DNA of 64,000 nt, taken from Phoronis australis. Its lineage: Eukaryota > Animalia > Phoronida. Shown piece by piece: positions 27,669-42,900 of this stretch. The notes beneath the pieces are model-generated. The model saw only the letters and a program-made list of their open reading frames with translations. It was not told where the DNA came from and did no database searches. Position 1 is the first letter of the stretch, and every line of letters begins with the position of its first letter. The DNA lies in assembly GCA_002633005.1 (NCBI GenBank), contig NMRA01000064.1:249233-313232 (forward strand). Direction: 5' to 3'. Position numbers and translations under genes: made by a program.

Positions 27669-30339
27669 CTCCTGTGAGGTCTATTACAATAACACTTGCA
27701 TAAGTTCGATGCAACCAAACCGCAATATTTCATCCAATTATGGTGGAGTCAGACTTTTGTGAAGGAACCAGTGCACAAACTTCCATAACCATACAGGTGA
27801 ACTTAGTCCTGAATTGAGCAAAAATCTGATGCATACTCGACTTGCGCGAGTTTTACTGTTATAGTTTCTGTGGAAGACATTGTGTTCCTGTGCAATTGAA
27901 TGTTTCGTGTGTAAAGAAATACAGGTCCTTGTTATGACTAGCAATGCGTAACACAATCTTGATGGACTGTTCTTGAGTTACCAGCCCGGCTGAAATTACT
28001 GAACAAACCTCAAGTCTGTTTGGTGGACGATGTCCAATTTCACATCCATAAACATTTAACTGATAATGTTACGATAAGAGTTGAATCATTTTTTTGCTCA
28101 TGACTGATTAGTCTACTCAAGTCGGTGATATTAGTGTGTCCAGTTTGTGATCTCTGAATTTGTTATGATAACACCCAGGTCACTTTGTGGTATGGTAGTG
28201 CTACTGGTATAAAAATGGAAGTTTCGATGTAATGTGAGTTATCCCATATCTGCCAATTTTGTATTTGAATGACGTATATTGTATTTTGGAAAGAAATTAC
28301 ACGTTTAGAAGCATCCATCAGTAGGCTCTTTCATGCAAATCTTTTTTGTGGGATAACTTGCAGTTTTCCCAAACATTTTCTGCTAGTGAAGACTGCTAAT
28401 TTTTCCACAATTTTACATTCATTTAAGATTCCGAAAAAGTAACAGCAAAAAGACACACTAACAGGTTTTGTGAGGGACATTTTGGTTTTGATTGAAGTAC
28501 TGAGTGGTCATGTCAGCCATCAACATGGTAGAAAGTACGTCTTAAATTTTAGATTTGGTAGAATTTTTATTTTGTGTTGCGGAAACTTAATTATGAATCT
28601 ATTCTTCCAGACAATCGTCAACCAGGTACAATAGTGTCATTTTGAAACTTGTCGATCAGTTTGGAAGCTGTAATTATTGATCACTCCATGTTTGTATACA
28701 AAGTATGTAAGAGGCATAAGTGAGGAAACCTGTTATTGATCACTTTATAGTTGTATACATAGTGTGTAGGGGGCAGTGTGAGGCGATGTTCAATCACTAA
28801 GCTTCACTTTTGGTGGTGGATATTCCATAACTTGTAAATGATAGGTTTTTGTGAAAATTTCAGCAACCACATTGATTATATAAACACTTTCACTCTTTAT
28901 TAACTATCCAACATATCAAGTCAATAAGGAACTTCATTGCAGCATTCAAAGTATCTGAAAACAGGTGTTAAAACTACACGACAGGTTGGTGTCAAGGTGA
29001 ATGACAATTATTGGGTGCTTAGTATGGGTTTAGCCAATCATTGTACAGTTCATTTGAAATGTAATATGTGGGTTAATTGTTGGCTCTTGTCATTGAAAAA
29101 ACTAAGCTTTAAATAAGAGCTATAAAAGTATGGTATGGAATGACGATTTTGTATATATTAGGTGCAAATTGTCTTGTATATACGAGTCTATTTTTCTATG
29201 AAACCTCGACTGAATTTGTTAACTGTAAATATTTAGCATATTTTGTAATCCAGAAAATCTCTACGTTGTCTCATTTGCTTTGAAATTGTTTGAAAGTATG
29301 GGCAGTGAAAAGGCTTAAAATGAAGTAGTTTTCTAAACAGACAAGACAACTTTGCAGATACTACCTGATAAACAAGTAACAATTAAACACTAAATTGGCA
29401 AGTGGTTAAGTAGGATATCTATCAACTGTCAGTAAACTGAATAAGAGAGGGCGCCACTTAAAAACAAATGGCATGTAGATTCAGTGACTGATTGCTCGTA
29501 GAACTTGCATTTTGGTATGGTGTTAACAATGCAACTTCAATTATGGAATGACAAATATTTGGTGGTGTGGCCACACCAGGCTTAGATGGTGTGTTGTATT
29601 TTCGTATATGGTCGTAATCAGTTTTACTATTTGTAATTGACATTTTCAAGTAGCAAATGCATCAGGATTACAGTAATTCACATCAGTCTTCTGGAGACAA
29701 CAACAAACAACTAATTGTGTTCACACTTTTCAATCACTTTGTGACGTCAGCCAATTCTCGAGTTGCAACAGCGCCATCTATCTTGTCTGTTCGACTACTC
29801 TGTACATCTGTTGTTCAGAACTGCTGGTTGTTTGACAAACTTGTCCGTTTTTCAAAAGTAACCTTTTCGTTCATCAAGAAACCCATCTATTTGTCAACAC
29901 AAACTTGTTCATTGGCCAAACAACCTGTCTCTTTACAAAACGTAACTTTTTCGTTCGATAATTAGCCTGGTTATTTGACAAAGTGTGACTCTTTAATCTT
30001 TTCGCTGCCCATAAGAAAGCCTGTGAAGACATTTTTTACCAGTATAAAATGGAATTGATGGGTGAACACGCCACGATACATCACTGACAACTTGTAAGCA
30101 TAATATTACCTACAAGTTCTAGCACAAGTTGATCGCACTTTGGTTTAACGTTTCTGAAAATGCTGCATCTCAATTTTGTTGGATACTTCAAAGCTGCCGT
30201 CTTCCACTGTCATATAGTACACGTGCCTTGGATTTCATTTCTTAGAAATCTCCAAAAAAATTATTATCAAAAGTACATAACACATACCATGTATTTATTT
30301 GTTTCGGCATATTAGAGGGTATTTTTTCTGTTTTGTTGG

Positions 30340-30458
30340 TTTATTTATATCTCTGTTATGTTGAGGCTTATTGCATTATTTATGTTAATATATGCTAGCT
30401 GCATTAAACTCCCATATTATAGTAAAGTGACTGCTGTGTACGGTAATTTTACAATAAA
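30340..30458. terminator. Crossed poly(A) signals: helicase AATAAA (-, 30340-30345; also 30294-30299) and AP1AR AATAAA (+, 30453-30458)
   Basis: First canonical AATAAA found by eye downstream of each stop codon. Confidence 0.5.
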
Positions 30459-30976
30459 GCAAGTACATTCAACAGCCTTCAAGTTTCATTCAGGTCATAT
30501 GTGATAAATTAAAACTTAACAACAAAACGCAGTAGCTAGAATTGACTTTAAGAACAACCTTGTCCCGACATACTTGATGAATTCTTATACGGCAGCTTCT
30601 AGCAGTTGTTATCCACATCATTTATGAGCGACTTATTTCAGACTTCTATTGTCAATTAGAATTGCTTCCTTGCCAGTAGTGGGCAGCAGATGTCCTTTTG
30701 CAGGTGCCATTGTTCTGTTTACATACTCCACTGTAGAGAAAACTACCATACCAGTGCTATGCTTGAAAAGGATATCTGATGTAAGAGGAATGTGCTCCAA
30801 CAGTCTACATCTGAACACAACACCATGAATAGCACCCTGGGCCTACAACACATCCTTGCACTTAACAGGAGCTCTTGACTCAAAAGACATGCAGTGCAAG
30901 GTGTGGAACACTCGGTCGTTGTTAACTCCTGAGATGTACTAAACAGAACACGTTAACTTTGTATAGTACACAAATG

Positions 30977-33900
30977 TTAATCCAGCTCGTCGTAAATGCC
31001 ATCAAACGATGCTGATCTACTGCCGCTGTGTTTGTGCTGTGATCTGAAACTACCACCATGATTTGGTCTTGAGAAGCCACCAACACGAGCCTTGCTGAAT
31101 TCATGCTCGTAACTGTCAAGAAACAATCACAAAGTTAGCAGCGGCAGGTCTTGATGACTTACAAGCATGAGAGAAAACTGATAAAGATAACATTTCAAAA
31201 TATCTCGCAATAGCTGTAAGCAGCATTATTCTGATCATACCATATAGCTTTACTTTATTATCTTCAACTTTCTTGTTCTTAGGAAATTGAATTTAGATGT
31301 GATTGCTGAGCATACGGTTCAAGGTTGGTCACAATACGACTGTTTGTCAAACTGAATGGCATTAGTAGGCAGTTTAAACCATTGAGCGCAAAACAAATAT
31401 ATAACATACAGCACCTCACGATATAATGTTGATCTAGTAATAAAGGGCGTAAAGGTTCACCAGAAACGGAATGTTTCAGCAGTGTGCATTTTACTAGTTG
31501 GCATTTTCATCGAACACAAAACAACTTGGCTATAGCATGGACTATACGTGGCCTTCCACATACCTGCCATGCCTATAATGGCTTCCACTATCTCTACCGC
31601 CATGTCTGCCCATGGACACTTCACTCTCGCCAGTCTTTAGCCTCATTATGACAGCAATGGCCGAAGCCAGCAGCTCACGCCCCCTATTGTCAGTCAGGTC
31701 CAACTTGTCCACTTGCTCCAGGTATTTGTCCCTGTCAGTCTCCCTCACATTCTCTATATTCCTCAATATACCTTTGATCAGGTGAGCATCTAGTTGATCC
31801 TGATTAGGAGGAGACACATGTTCTAGTTTGACCAGTCTTTGAATCTGCAACAGAAATGATAATAACTGAATGGGTGACTTTAAATTTACTACGTTACACT
31901 AATGCAACAACTGCATGGATTCCAATAATCACATGGGACCATTAGACCACAGACACCCTGTAACAGAACTGGAAAACTAACGACTAGCATGGCACACCTC
32001 GAAGAAAATCCCACTTTACACTATGTGATTGGTCGAATTTTTATTACAGTTGAAGGGTCATGGGTTCCAGCAAATCTTTAGCAAGTTATTATCAATGTAA
32101 GAACTCCATGACAAACGTCACAAAACAAACACCACAAAATACAATTTAGAGAGATACGTGTCAAGGACCAGAAGCTTAGTTTTATTTACAACTCGAGACT
32201 ACAATGAGCCATGCATATTTCACTGCAGAGTTGGAGGAATCTTACAAACCTAATGATAACTGACAATATGCACTTGCATATGAGGGTGCAAGTAAAAAGG
32301 TCAATTTTGGTGATTTCTGTCCAAAATTGTAGATGGTAAGGTCACAATTCTGTTCAACAAGTTGATCAGTACAAATTACAACAAAAGAAGCACTATATTC
32401 TAGTACACCTTGCCAAGCTCCGTAGCACGCTACCATCTCCCTTGCAAGCCTTTAACTGTGAGAGACAACGTGAACATATCTTACCTGTTGCATCATTCCC
32501 CTGTCCTCATAACTCCCATCATGTAGTGTTACAGCCAGCCCGTCCCTCCCAGCCCTGCCTGTGCGACCTGACCTATGAATGTAGAAGTCTACACCATTGC
32601 GGGGAGGGCCCACTGTAACAGAATGACCAAATTTTCAAGTTGAAGTTACAACAAATCTAGAAATCAATGCCATCATACCAATGAAACACAAGACAAGAAA
32701 AGAAATATCATCAGTAATTGAGACTTGCGAGTAACTACATTCCTTCTGTTTGATTGTCACAGCATGTTAGCTTCACCTTCCAAAGCAGTATGTGCAGACA
32801 AGGGAATTCCAGGCAATTTAACCATTTCTATTCAAACAAAGGACAGCAATGCGATGTCTACTTTAGTAAAGCCCTACACTTATGAAGAAAATTAATGTTT
32901 TTTGCATCAGAATATCGTTTACATCAGCTTTCATAATTTTCCAGCAAACTCTAAGTGTTTTATTTTACAGCTTTTAATGGTAATTTTCCAGCAAATACGT
33001 TCATAGTTGGTACAAGTGGACATTTAAGCTGGACACCAGCAACAAGCCTACCTTGAATGACCAGGTCTACCTCAGGGATGTCCAGACCTCTGGCTGCCAC
33101 GTCAGTAGCTACCAGAATATTCAATTTACCCAAACGGAATGCTGATAGAATCTGCTCTCTCTTTCTCTGTGTAAGGTCAGAGTTCAGCGCATCTGCCATC
33201 AGACCCATTCTTCGTAGCACCATCGCAGTGTGTGTGGTTTTGACTGAAATTGCACACATTCTGTAACAGGATTATTGTCTCCTGAGATAGAAGAAAATGT
33301 TGTCATCCCTCACGAGCGCCACCTACTTCGCACAGCCCCATCGTCCGTCACTAATTTAATGCCCCCCCCATTTAACTACCAATTCCTTGCCCCTCCTTTC
33401 TGCTGGTCGACATCACTTTCAATAACAGGGGTCACTATGGTAATAAAATATTTCTCACATGACCTGGAACGTGTTACGACAAAACTGGCAAAGTAGAAAT
33501 CCATACGCCTTACATTTTATCACCTGCAAAACACTAAAACAAGCAAACGCGCGCCAACCAAACAATGCCGGAATTCTGAGAAGGTTATGATTGACAAATC
33601 GTGTGTCGCAACTGTACGTACTGCCAGTCGGAAGGACATGCAAATAACTTCTTAGGTGGCGAATTCCATATCCAAGTTCATTGAAAGTTTTAGACAGGAC
33701 AAGTTTTTTGACAAGAAAGATTGTTTGTACGGTTCATGTGAGAAAAGAAATCCTACACTCGTCTCAGATTTATGGCATTGGGCAAAATCTCTTGGAAACT
33801 TCCTCAAAATCCCTCGACAAGCCTCAGGATTTTGAAGAAATTTCCAAGAGGTTTTGCCCATGTCATCAACCTATATACTAAATTCTCTTTGGTTAAATCG

Positions 33901-36900
33901 ACATCCTTACTATGAAATTGTCACGAAACTTCAAGTTAGGAACAAGAGGGGCTTAATAGGGTTCCCACTGACAAGCGTGGTGAAGTTTAAGGAAAAGCGC
34001 CTTTTGGCCAAATGTATATTGTCCTGATAATATGGCAAATGGACTCAGAATGCAGTCTTGAAATAAAAATGAAACTGGAAATCAGACAATTCAGTTTTCC
34101 AGCTTACCTTTAGTTTCCATGAAGAGAATGCACCTCTCAGGTTGATGCTCATGAATCAATCCTTTGATTACTTGTGTGTATGTTGCTGGGTTACATTTGA
34201 TAGCCTACAAAAGGTAACAAATAATGTTAACACCTGTAATCAGCAGAGATCAACAAACTTGGACTTTTTTCAAACAAACAAAATTTTGCTCACATACATT
34301 TACTATTTTAATGCAATTATCTTTAGCAAAGCACCATTATCACTAAATTTACCAATAGTTGAAATATTCTTTGTAATAATGTAATAATCACACTATTACC
34401 ATATGCTTGACTGAGTCTGGAGCTACCAACTTCTGACTGCCAGCTATGTCAACATACACTGGATCATTCATGTATCTACAAACCAATGGAAAATGACATC
34501 ACCAAAAATCCTTTGCGACTTGCTCCAATCAGTAAATAAATAAGTTAATCATTTTTTAACATTTTTTTTATTTGAGGAGTAAACATATTTTAGTAGTCTA
34601 AAATCCTTCAAGCTTTGACAGTGAGAAATAGCACATCTTACAATTCTGTGACTGTTGATCACAAGTAACATGTAAACACTTAAAGTATTGTTCCAATAAT
34701 TCACACAAAACTGCAGGAACACACCATGCCAAGATTTTACAGCACTATGAGATGTCAAAATACTGATCGAGGTATATAAATTACGAGAAAAATAAAAACT
34801 GCATGGTAAAAGTTTAGAAATGGGAATCATTAGAGAGTATGACTAAAGTTAATAGCAGATGTAGTGATAATTTTGTTAAAAGTCAAGCTCACCTTTTGGT
34901 CAAATGTACAATATCGGGAGGCATCGTAGCACTAAACAACATGACCTGTCTGCCCTCTGGTGACGAGTCTAACACATCTTGGATCTGCATCTACAAGAAA
35001 CAAAACCATCCTTTTGGGCATTACAATCGACAGGTAAACTCAACGGTGATGTTTCAAACACTTGACATAGCATTTGGCGAGGCAAATTCTGGAAACAATT
35101 GGCTTTGCTATCAACCAAATGAAACATGTCCATGGAAGCTAATGCAAAATTGTGCGGTCGTGTTTTACATTAACCCAAGAGCACAAGTGACCTAAGAAGT
35201 CAGTCTGTCCATTCATTAAAAGCAGACATCTTTTAGAATTTAACTTCAAACTGTAAGTCCAACTGATAGTACCGACAAACACACAGGTCACATCCACCAT
35301 AGTTACAGTTGACTCACAAGGCCAAGGCCAATATGGCAGAAGTCCTTTGCAAGCGTACTACAGCAACGCATTCTCTTTGATGCGTTTTTGATCACATTTC
35401 ACTGAAACTGTCACCATATAGAGCCACATTATCAAAATGGAAGCAAACAAACTGTTGTACCCAGTAAATATCTATGATACAAAGCATCTGAGCCCAACAC
35501 TGGAGAACTACTGACTGAACGTATTTACGTCTTCCACCAAACACGTTCTGCAAACCAATGAAATTTTGATAACAAATACGAACATGATATGTTGCGATGC
35601 GATTTTATCAGAGATGTTACCAGAGAGAAACATTACAAATGATGTTGACTTGATAATGTTTCATACCTAGACTTCATGACCATGTGCCAAGTTACTGAAC
35701 TGTGTGCAAACTAAAAACCGGAGTCACAACCGTTTTAGGCAAAACCTGAAAAAATCAGTAGAGTCCTAAAATCTTATAGTATTTGTTGAACCTTAACAAA
35801 TTTTAGACTGAGTGTCTACGCTGAGAAAGGCATAATTCTGCATGAACAAATTCTAGCAGCAATGCAACTGGTGGTTTGAAATATCCGTCACAGTCAATCT
35901 CAACTTCAATCTTACCTTAAAGTTTGGTGTCAACAATTCATCAGCTTCATCCAGACACAGAAATGTTAACTCCTTCAGGTCCTGAAAACATAATACTTTT
36001 TCGGATGTTTCTTAACGATTTAATATAAACACCCAATCATCATATTTCAGTACGGAACCCCCAAAATATTTTCAGAGCAGCCCAACATCAAAGCCACTTG
36101 CTAAGCAAAGCTAAACTAACAGAAACTATAACAAGATCACACTCTAAAAGCATGACGCTACATTGCAAGTACCATAAGAGACTTAAATGTTGGACAAAAT
36201 CATTTTGTATTTCTTAAACGGCTGGGTAATCTCTAGAAACCACTGGAATGTGTTTCAAGATTGAACAGCATCTCACTTATTGTTCTCATATTAAGATGAA
36301 CTCTGACTTTTAAGAAAGTAATTTATTTGTCATAGTAGGAAAGTTAGTGTTGCTGCATACTCACTAAATTTCCTCTCTGTAAGTGATCATTCAACCTTCC
36401 TGGTGTGGCACACACCACGTCAATACCTCGCCTCATAGCAGACTCCTGCAATCAGTGCAAAACATCCTTAACAAAAATATTACCTGGGATGCCATTTGCA
36501 GTAAATTTCTTGCAAGAAAAGTGAGATAACACAAGAGTTCGCAATATAAGTCTTGCTTAAAAACATGATTCCTTCAAATAGTCTTTAAAGATGTATATGC
36601 ATTTTCCTATCAATGATAATGTATAGCAGGAACTAAACCACAATGATATTTGTTTCTTGCTAATTTGACCAAGCTATCACAGAGATAAGGAATTAGCGTG
36701 CAAGTTCCACTTAAAGTCTTGGTTTTTGACAGCGCAGTGCTCAACTAAAATTAGTACCAATTCTGAGAAAAGGCATGATTTAAACACTTCCATGTAATTT
36801 TTTGCACAAAATAAGTTTCTGAGATTATCAAAGAGCTTACAATTAACATTTCAGAAGATATTTAAGAATTTTATCCCTGGTTCTAAAAGTTGTCAGTTAT

Positions 36901-39900
36901 TTAACTTAAACCACAATTAATCTAACCAATATCTTATAGGAACATGAAATCAAAGCGTACTCCAAATTTCATATAACTTGTTTTGAGAATTCACAAAAAT
37001 GCCATTTTTAATTACATGAAACATCTAATCTAATTCAGAAACGGGCACTAAGTCCAAAACAAAGTTTCTAGAAACTAATAACTCGTTTTTGATTCGAACA
37101 TTACCAACCTGTCTCAGGTAGGAATCTCCACCATATAAAGCCACACAGCGAATGCGGGGATGGAGTTCTTGTATACTTCTGTAGATTTGTTGGCACAACT
37201 CTCTAGTTGGTGAAATAACTATGGCCTTTGGACTTCTTGAATGTTTCCGTATTTCACTTCAAATACAAGATTGAAGATACACGATTTTTTACTATCTCTA
37301 AAGCAGTCCAATATTAAAAGCATCATTATATAGCACACCAAAACACATCCAAGCCGTTCTGACAATAATCAATAGGAAAATTCAGCCGGAAACAATAATA
37401 GCCAACAGAGGGTGCCACAAGTGTAGCCGCCACATTCCCACAACATACTTCTGCATCGGGTTTCCACAAAATTTATAAAGTCGTTTCACCAAAACTGAAG
37501 GATAAAGAAATTCTAATAGAAAACAAAATTGGTATTCTTATCAGTCCGAAAATTACGGACAAGGAAAGGTGACAAATGGACAGACAGGATGTTGACTGTA
37601 AGCAGTCCTATATTTTGTGTAGGCGCATAATGCTAACATCCTATCAAACCAGCAAATGATTACCTTTCTGAAATCTTCTGTATGATAGGGATTGAAAATG
37701 CTAGTGTCTTCCCACTTCCTGTGACTGCCCGGCCAATCACATCCCTGCAACGAAATTACCTGCAGTCTGTCACAATAGCTACAGATTGAAGAAAACCAAA
37801 TCCAACAGCTGAACAATGTTTCACTTAGATGGAAGTGAAAGTACATCTGCTTTACAACAGCCCACTCGTTTATCTTTTATTCTAATTACACACAATGGAA
37901 AAAAGAAGTCAGCAGATGGACCACAACTCAGTGAGCACTATGACTCAAGATCATATCAGGTGGCTGTACCGAAACAACAAAGTTGACTGGACAAATAGAT
38001 CCAATAGCCAGACTCGTCAAATCAAGTAAGAGATCAGATGATGGAATCAGTCTCATAGGGCTGGCTAAAGTTAACAAGCCTGGCGTCCGTTTCATGAAAA
38101 CCAACTTGAGATTTAAGTCAGAAGTTTGATCTTATGCTTCACACAATTAAAGAAAAAAACATTGGTATGAAAATGTTTGCACACCTTATTATATAAGAAT
38201 TAAGAAGAGCTAAAAAAGTCTTTGCTTGAACACACAAACAACAATGTTCCAGGTGTATTCTTACCGGCCTGCCAGGGTGTGTGGCAGAGTCTTGGCTTGT
38301 ATTTCAAAAGGTTCGTCATAACCCAGTCTGGTCAGTTGCAAGGCTAGTTGAGGATCTATCGCAAAATCACTGAACTGGACTCTGGAAAATTAAGTTGGAT
38401 ATCAGCTCAGGGAAATTTACTCAAAATAAAAAGAAATGTTGTTGCAAATTTTATGCTTAGAGAGGCATCTCCATTTATAACTACTTCCACACCAAAAGCA
38501 TCAAATTCGTCTAATCCCAAAGTGCTTACATGCATGTAGCATTTAACAGCTTTTATCAAAAATTTTATCAAGAATTACCCAAGGAAGAATGCAAACACAA
38601 CAAAAGCAAAACATGAACCAACGTGAATATTACGTTGCTATTATTAACTAGACTTACCCATCCTTAACACTGTGCTGGTGACCTGCAGACTGCCTGTGTT
38701 TGTGACGAAGGTTAGACAGTAACTCATGGCTGTGGTCATCATCTGATTCACTGTATGACTCATCAGAATATCTGGCCGTACTGTGAGGATGGCTAGAACT
38801 GGCAAGTAGTCTGTGGTGGACAACTGCACTAGTACGCAGTGTCTGGCCTGAAATAAAAGAAAAACTCACTCAGTATCTTCATGAATATTCACCACGGAAC
38901 TTGATAGATATCAAAGCAAACGCAAAGAAAAACAACGTCAGGTACCAACATAAAATTTGAATGTTAACAATTAACGAAGAACATCTTACATGGCATAATA
39001 ATGAATAAAAACGTCCAGAACTTTGAAACGGTATCATGAACCTTTGATTCACTCGGCAGTGTTTGGGTTCAGCGCAGGAGTGCAGGCTTTCAATGCTTTG
39101 GGACTGAGTTTGACTTTGGCTGGAGCAAAGAAGGGAGTTTTGAATGCTGCCACCTTACAAGTGAGATTGCATTTTGAAACTAATTTTCCTTCACAATGCA
39201 ACTTTTACGTGGCTCCGAAACAATCACCCACATATAGTCGATAAACACAGCGGAGTGTGTGGGTTGATAAACAATGCAATAGGGCCCTGCCAAGCGGGAA
39301 AATCGTGGTGCGAGATTTGATTTGACAGGTTAAATAAACAGCAGCATTTTTCGATAGAAAACAACAAATATTTACACGTAGTATGAAATTAAATTGATGC
39401 GAAATCTTCACATAATTTTTGCAAGTACATGTCATGTGCCAGGTCACACGCGTTGCTCAGTCTCGCGCTTGTCATTGCCTAACTGGCATGACGTCAACTG
39501 AAATACTTTGCGGTAATTGCGAGCAATAAAAAATTGAGGGGCCGGAACTCTTCACCAAAGTCATCTTAACTCCCATAGCCATGCTTCATTGAAGATATGT
39601 TTAGAACAAGAAAGGGTCACTGAAGTACATGCAATTTTAAATGACAGTTTTAAATGTAAAATGTATTTTTGACTAGAAGAAAACCTCTTATGCGCTTTTC
39701 AGTGACCAAATTTAAAATACAATGATGGGGAGTTACAGCCCAGGTTCAGCCACCTGAGGGATAGATGCTGTCTAACCATTGTCTGGCTTAGTACGCCTGC
39801 AGCGTTCATCCCAGTCCCCACAGCAGAGGCCAAATATAATCAGCCCAGGTCAGGTAATTGCCTCTATATGTCACCCTGATCCAGTGGTAAGTGCCTGGCA

Positions 39901-42900
39901 GTGACTCTGACTGGCAGTTACTCTTATTCAGTGAAACAGGGCCCTGCATTGCCTAACAAATACTAGTTATTGCTTCTGTTGTAGCTGTGGGCCCAGGCCG
40001 GTCCAAACCATTTCTAGAGGGTACTCACACTACGTCCTAACTGGATGAGGCCACACTCCACAAGAGCCCAAACAATGTCGTCATGTGGTTTAGTCATATG
40101 ACCAGTCACGTGGGAGTCATATGACAATTCATCAGTACTTCCTTCATTAGGGGTGCTGGACACACCATGCCACCACCAACGTTAACAAAAGGATATCATA
40201 ACAGAGAGAGGTCACAGCCGAGACAGACACAGGCAAGCCCCAATGGCAAGGTGCGGGAATCAGACTCAAGTAACAGTCCATTCGCTGCCATCTCCATAAG
40301 CCCCTTGCTCTGGAATTTCAAGAACCGTTTCACATGGCCTACCAAGCCAAAGTAACCGTTCTTGAAAAAAACAGCCCACCACAACACGTCCTCGGTCACA
40401 CCTTCAAAGCAATGGAGATGCACACCCAAGTCCGGGCCACAGTGACGCTTCAGGAGGTCAAAGACGAAGTCATGGCCCCCCAGAAAGCGGGGATTGTCTG
40501 GGGATCTATATAGGTGAATCACGACTTTATTTTTGAGGCTGGGTCATTGGAGTGAACCTCCACGAAGAGACACACTACCACCTCCAGAACCTCCTTTTGG
40601 GTGGGCAAGTCATACCTAACCCAGCTACAAAGGGCTCTTTAAGTAGCTGGGTCAATCGGTTCCGAAGACAAGAATTGATTGTTCCTACCCTTTTGGGATA
40701 GACACCCACCACAGCCTTCCACCCATGTGAAAAATGGGAAGCTTCAACATACTACCAGTTTTCCAAATTGCAGAAAACTGCAACCCCACCAACCAACTGC
40801 AGAGGCCTCATAGAAGCCCATGGCAGTTGGACAGCGAGCATTTGGTTGATCGTAAACATTCTCGACTCAGTGAATTGGCACTGAGCTCAGGATGCAAACG
40901 ACCCAAATGAAAGTGGGTGTCAATAGCCAGATCAGGAACAGGCCCTGGTCGAGCTTTGGCAGCGGTCGATGGAGCCTCTGATGAAGGTCAACCCACTAGT
41001 GGCCGGCCAGGTGGCTTGCGAGCTTTTGCCGAGTACGTCATCAGTCTGCTGCTTCTAAGCTGCAAGCGAAGATTCAGCAGAGCCAGCTCCACCAGAAGAA
41101 CTACTGCCAGCAATAGCCACATGGGTGTGGAGGAGCCGGCAAGTCCTCCTTGTCCTGTAACACCATCCAACTGAGTAGATAGGGTAATGAAACTGGATTG
41201 CACCGGACTTGGAAGTCCTGTGCCACCCGTCATATTTCTCTGGGGCAGCACTAGACACGTAACCTGTCTGTAAACAGGACCTGGATGGCACTGGACTCGG
41301 AAGTACTGCGCCAACTTACCACATTTCTCTTGGGTTGCATTAGACACGTAACCCGCCTGTAAATAAGTATTTACAGGCACGCTCCACAAGGTTGTTAACC
41401 CTTGGAACACAATTTTGCCCAAATATTACAAATTAAAAACGTACCTGTGGCAAATACAAGGCCTGAATGAAGCAAAATACAGTACCAGTTCCTAACCAAA
41501 ACAGAAAAGGTCGCCAATATATTTTAAAATGTTAGCACCTTCCACACACATGCTTTGATGTCCACATCATCTTGTCGCTGAGTCTTTACAGCCATAAAGT
41601 AATGTCATGACTTGTGAAAAAATGTCAACAGGTAACCTAATGACCTAGTTTGTACTTGAATGCCATTGGTTAGTGGTTGATTTAACATTAACACCAGGAC
41701 CACATACCAGTGTGTAGTGAGATGGTACTGATGGTATGCGACCTGTCTTGATGGTCATTCATTCTTCTGACCAACGAACCCAACTGATGTATCACTGTAG
41801 TGTTGCAAGGTAAGATGGATTTCTTACCACAAGTGGATGCAAGACGCTGGGTTGTTGATCCTAGGATCAATCTCAAAGGCTGACGGGTTAGACCATCGTA
41901 CTACACATGAACCCCATGCCTGGGCCAGGCCTAGCCTTGGTACAAAGCTGTATACTAAATATACAGCTTTGTGCCGAAGTGGGTAAAAAAGTGGTAAGGT
42001 AAAATCTGACACAAAATTAGTGTCATTAAAAACTAGTCTTTCTTGAGTAAACTAAATTATTTAACGGTGTTGAAAAAAATGGTGTTCTACCGTTATTCTG
42101 CTGCTAAAGTTGTGGAGCGATCTTCTGCGCCATGAAATATTGCATCACCTATTGGCCAGTTTATTTTCTCGCCAATTCTTCAATGAACTGTTGTTCTTTC
42201 ACGAGGTTGCATACACTTCACAACAATTATTGGAACTCCTTTCACTTCATTACAAGTTTTTAGAATTTCGATACCGAAAAACCAAATTTCAGAACAAATT
42301 TTGCTGCTGCAAAGTTGTCGCATAAATTTAAATGAAATGGCGCGTGCCCGTGACGCGAGCGTAGCTGTTTTTAAAACGACAACATACTTTTCATTATTAC
42401 AAAAGGTCGAGAGTGACACAAGAAAATGACGTTTGTTGCATTGTTGTTCACTTATACCGATGTAACGGGCAAGGTGAGTGTCGGTCGACTCCCAGATTTT
42501 GCAAGCAACCCCTCCGCGGTCTTTTTAGCCTTTTAATGGCTTTAAATGTTGAAACAAGTTTCACGGCGAGGTGACGAGCAGAGCTACCCCTGGCTGAGTG
42601 AAATTTCGGGGCCTATGGAAGAAAAACACACAGTGGTACCTAACTGTATTTTGACGATAGTCTTCATACAGCTCTGGCCGGTCTAAGCCTACATCGGAGT
42701 ATATAGTCCGATTACCTCTCGTCGTCAGTCTCCAAAGGTCGTCCGCCATCTTGTTTCGCGTGCAGCGCTGCCACGCGGGACTTAGCGTTCCAATTTGGAA
42801 CGCTCGTCTGCACGTTAGGTACTTACCTCTCGGGAGAAACACGCGTGGAAGAACTGAGACTAAAATTAATGCATTTACCGACTGTTTTTTGAGACCACTT

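Noticed and set aside
38990-38996. ATG CCA T|gtaaga as the helicase start (also phase 1)
   Set aside because: Several upstream ATGs and stops precede it. Exon 44295-44187 has a better start context, a perfect donor and a presequence. It remains possible only as a minor start.
40988-40990. In-frame TGA upstream of the TatD domain as selenocysteine or readthrough
   Set aside because: The same frame has further stops and frameshifts and a deletion at the GE motif, consistent with ordinary decay.
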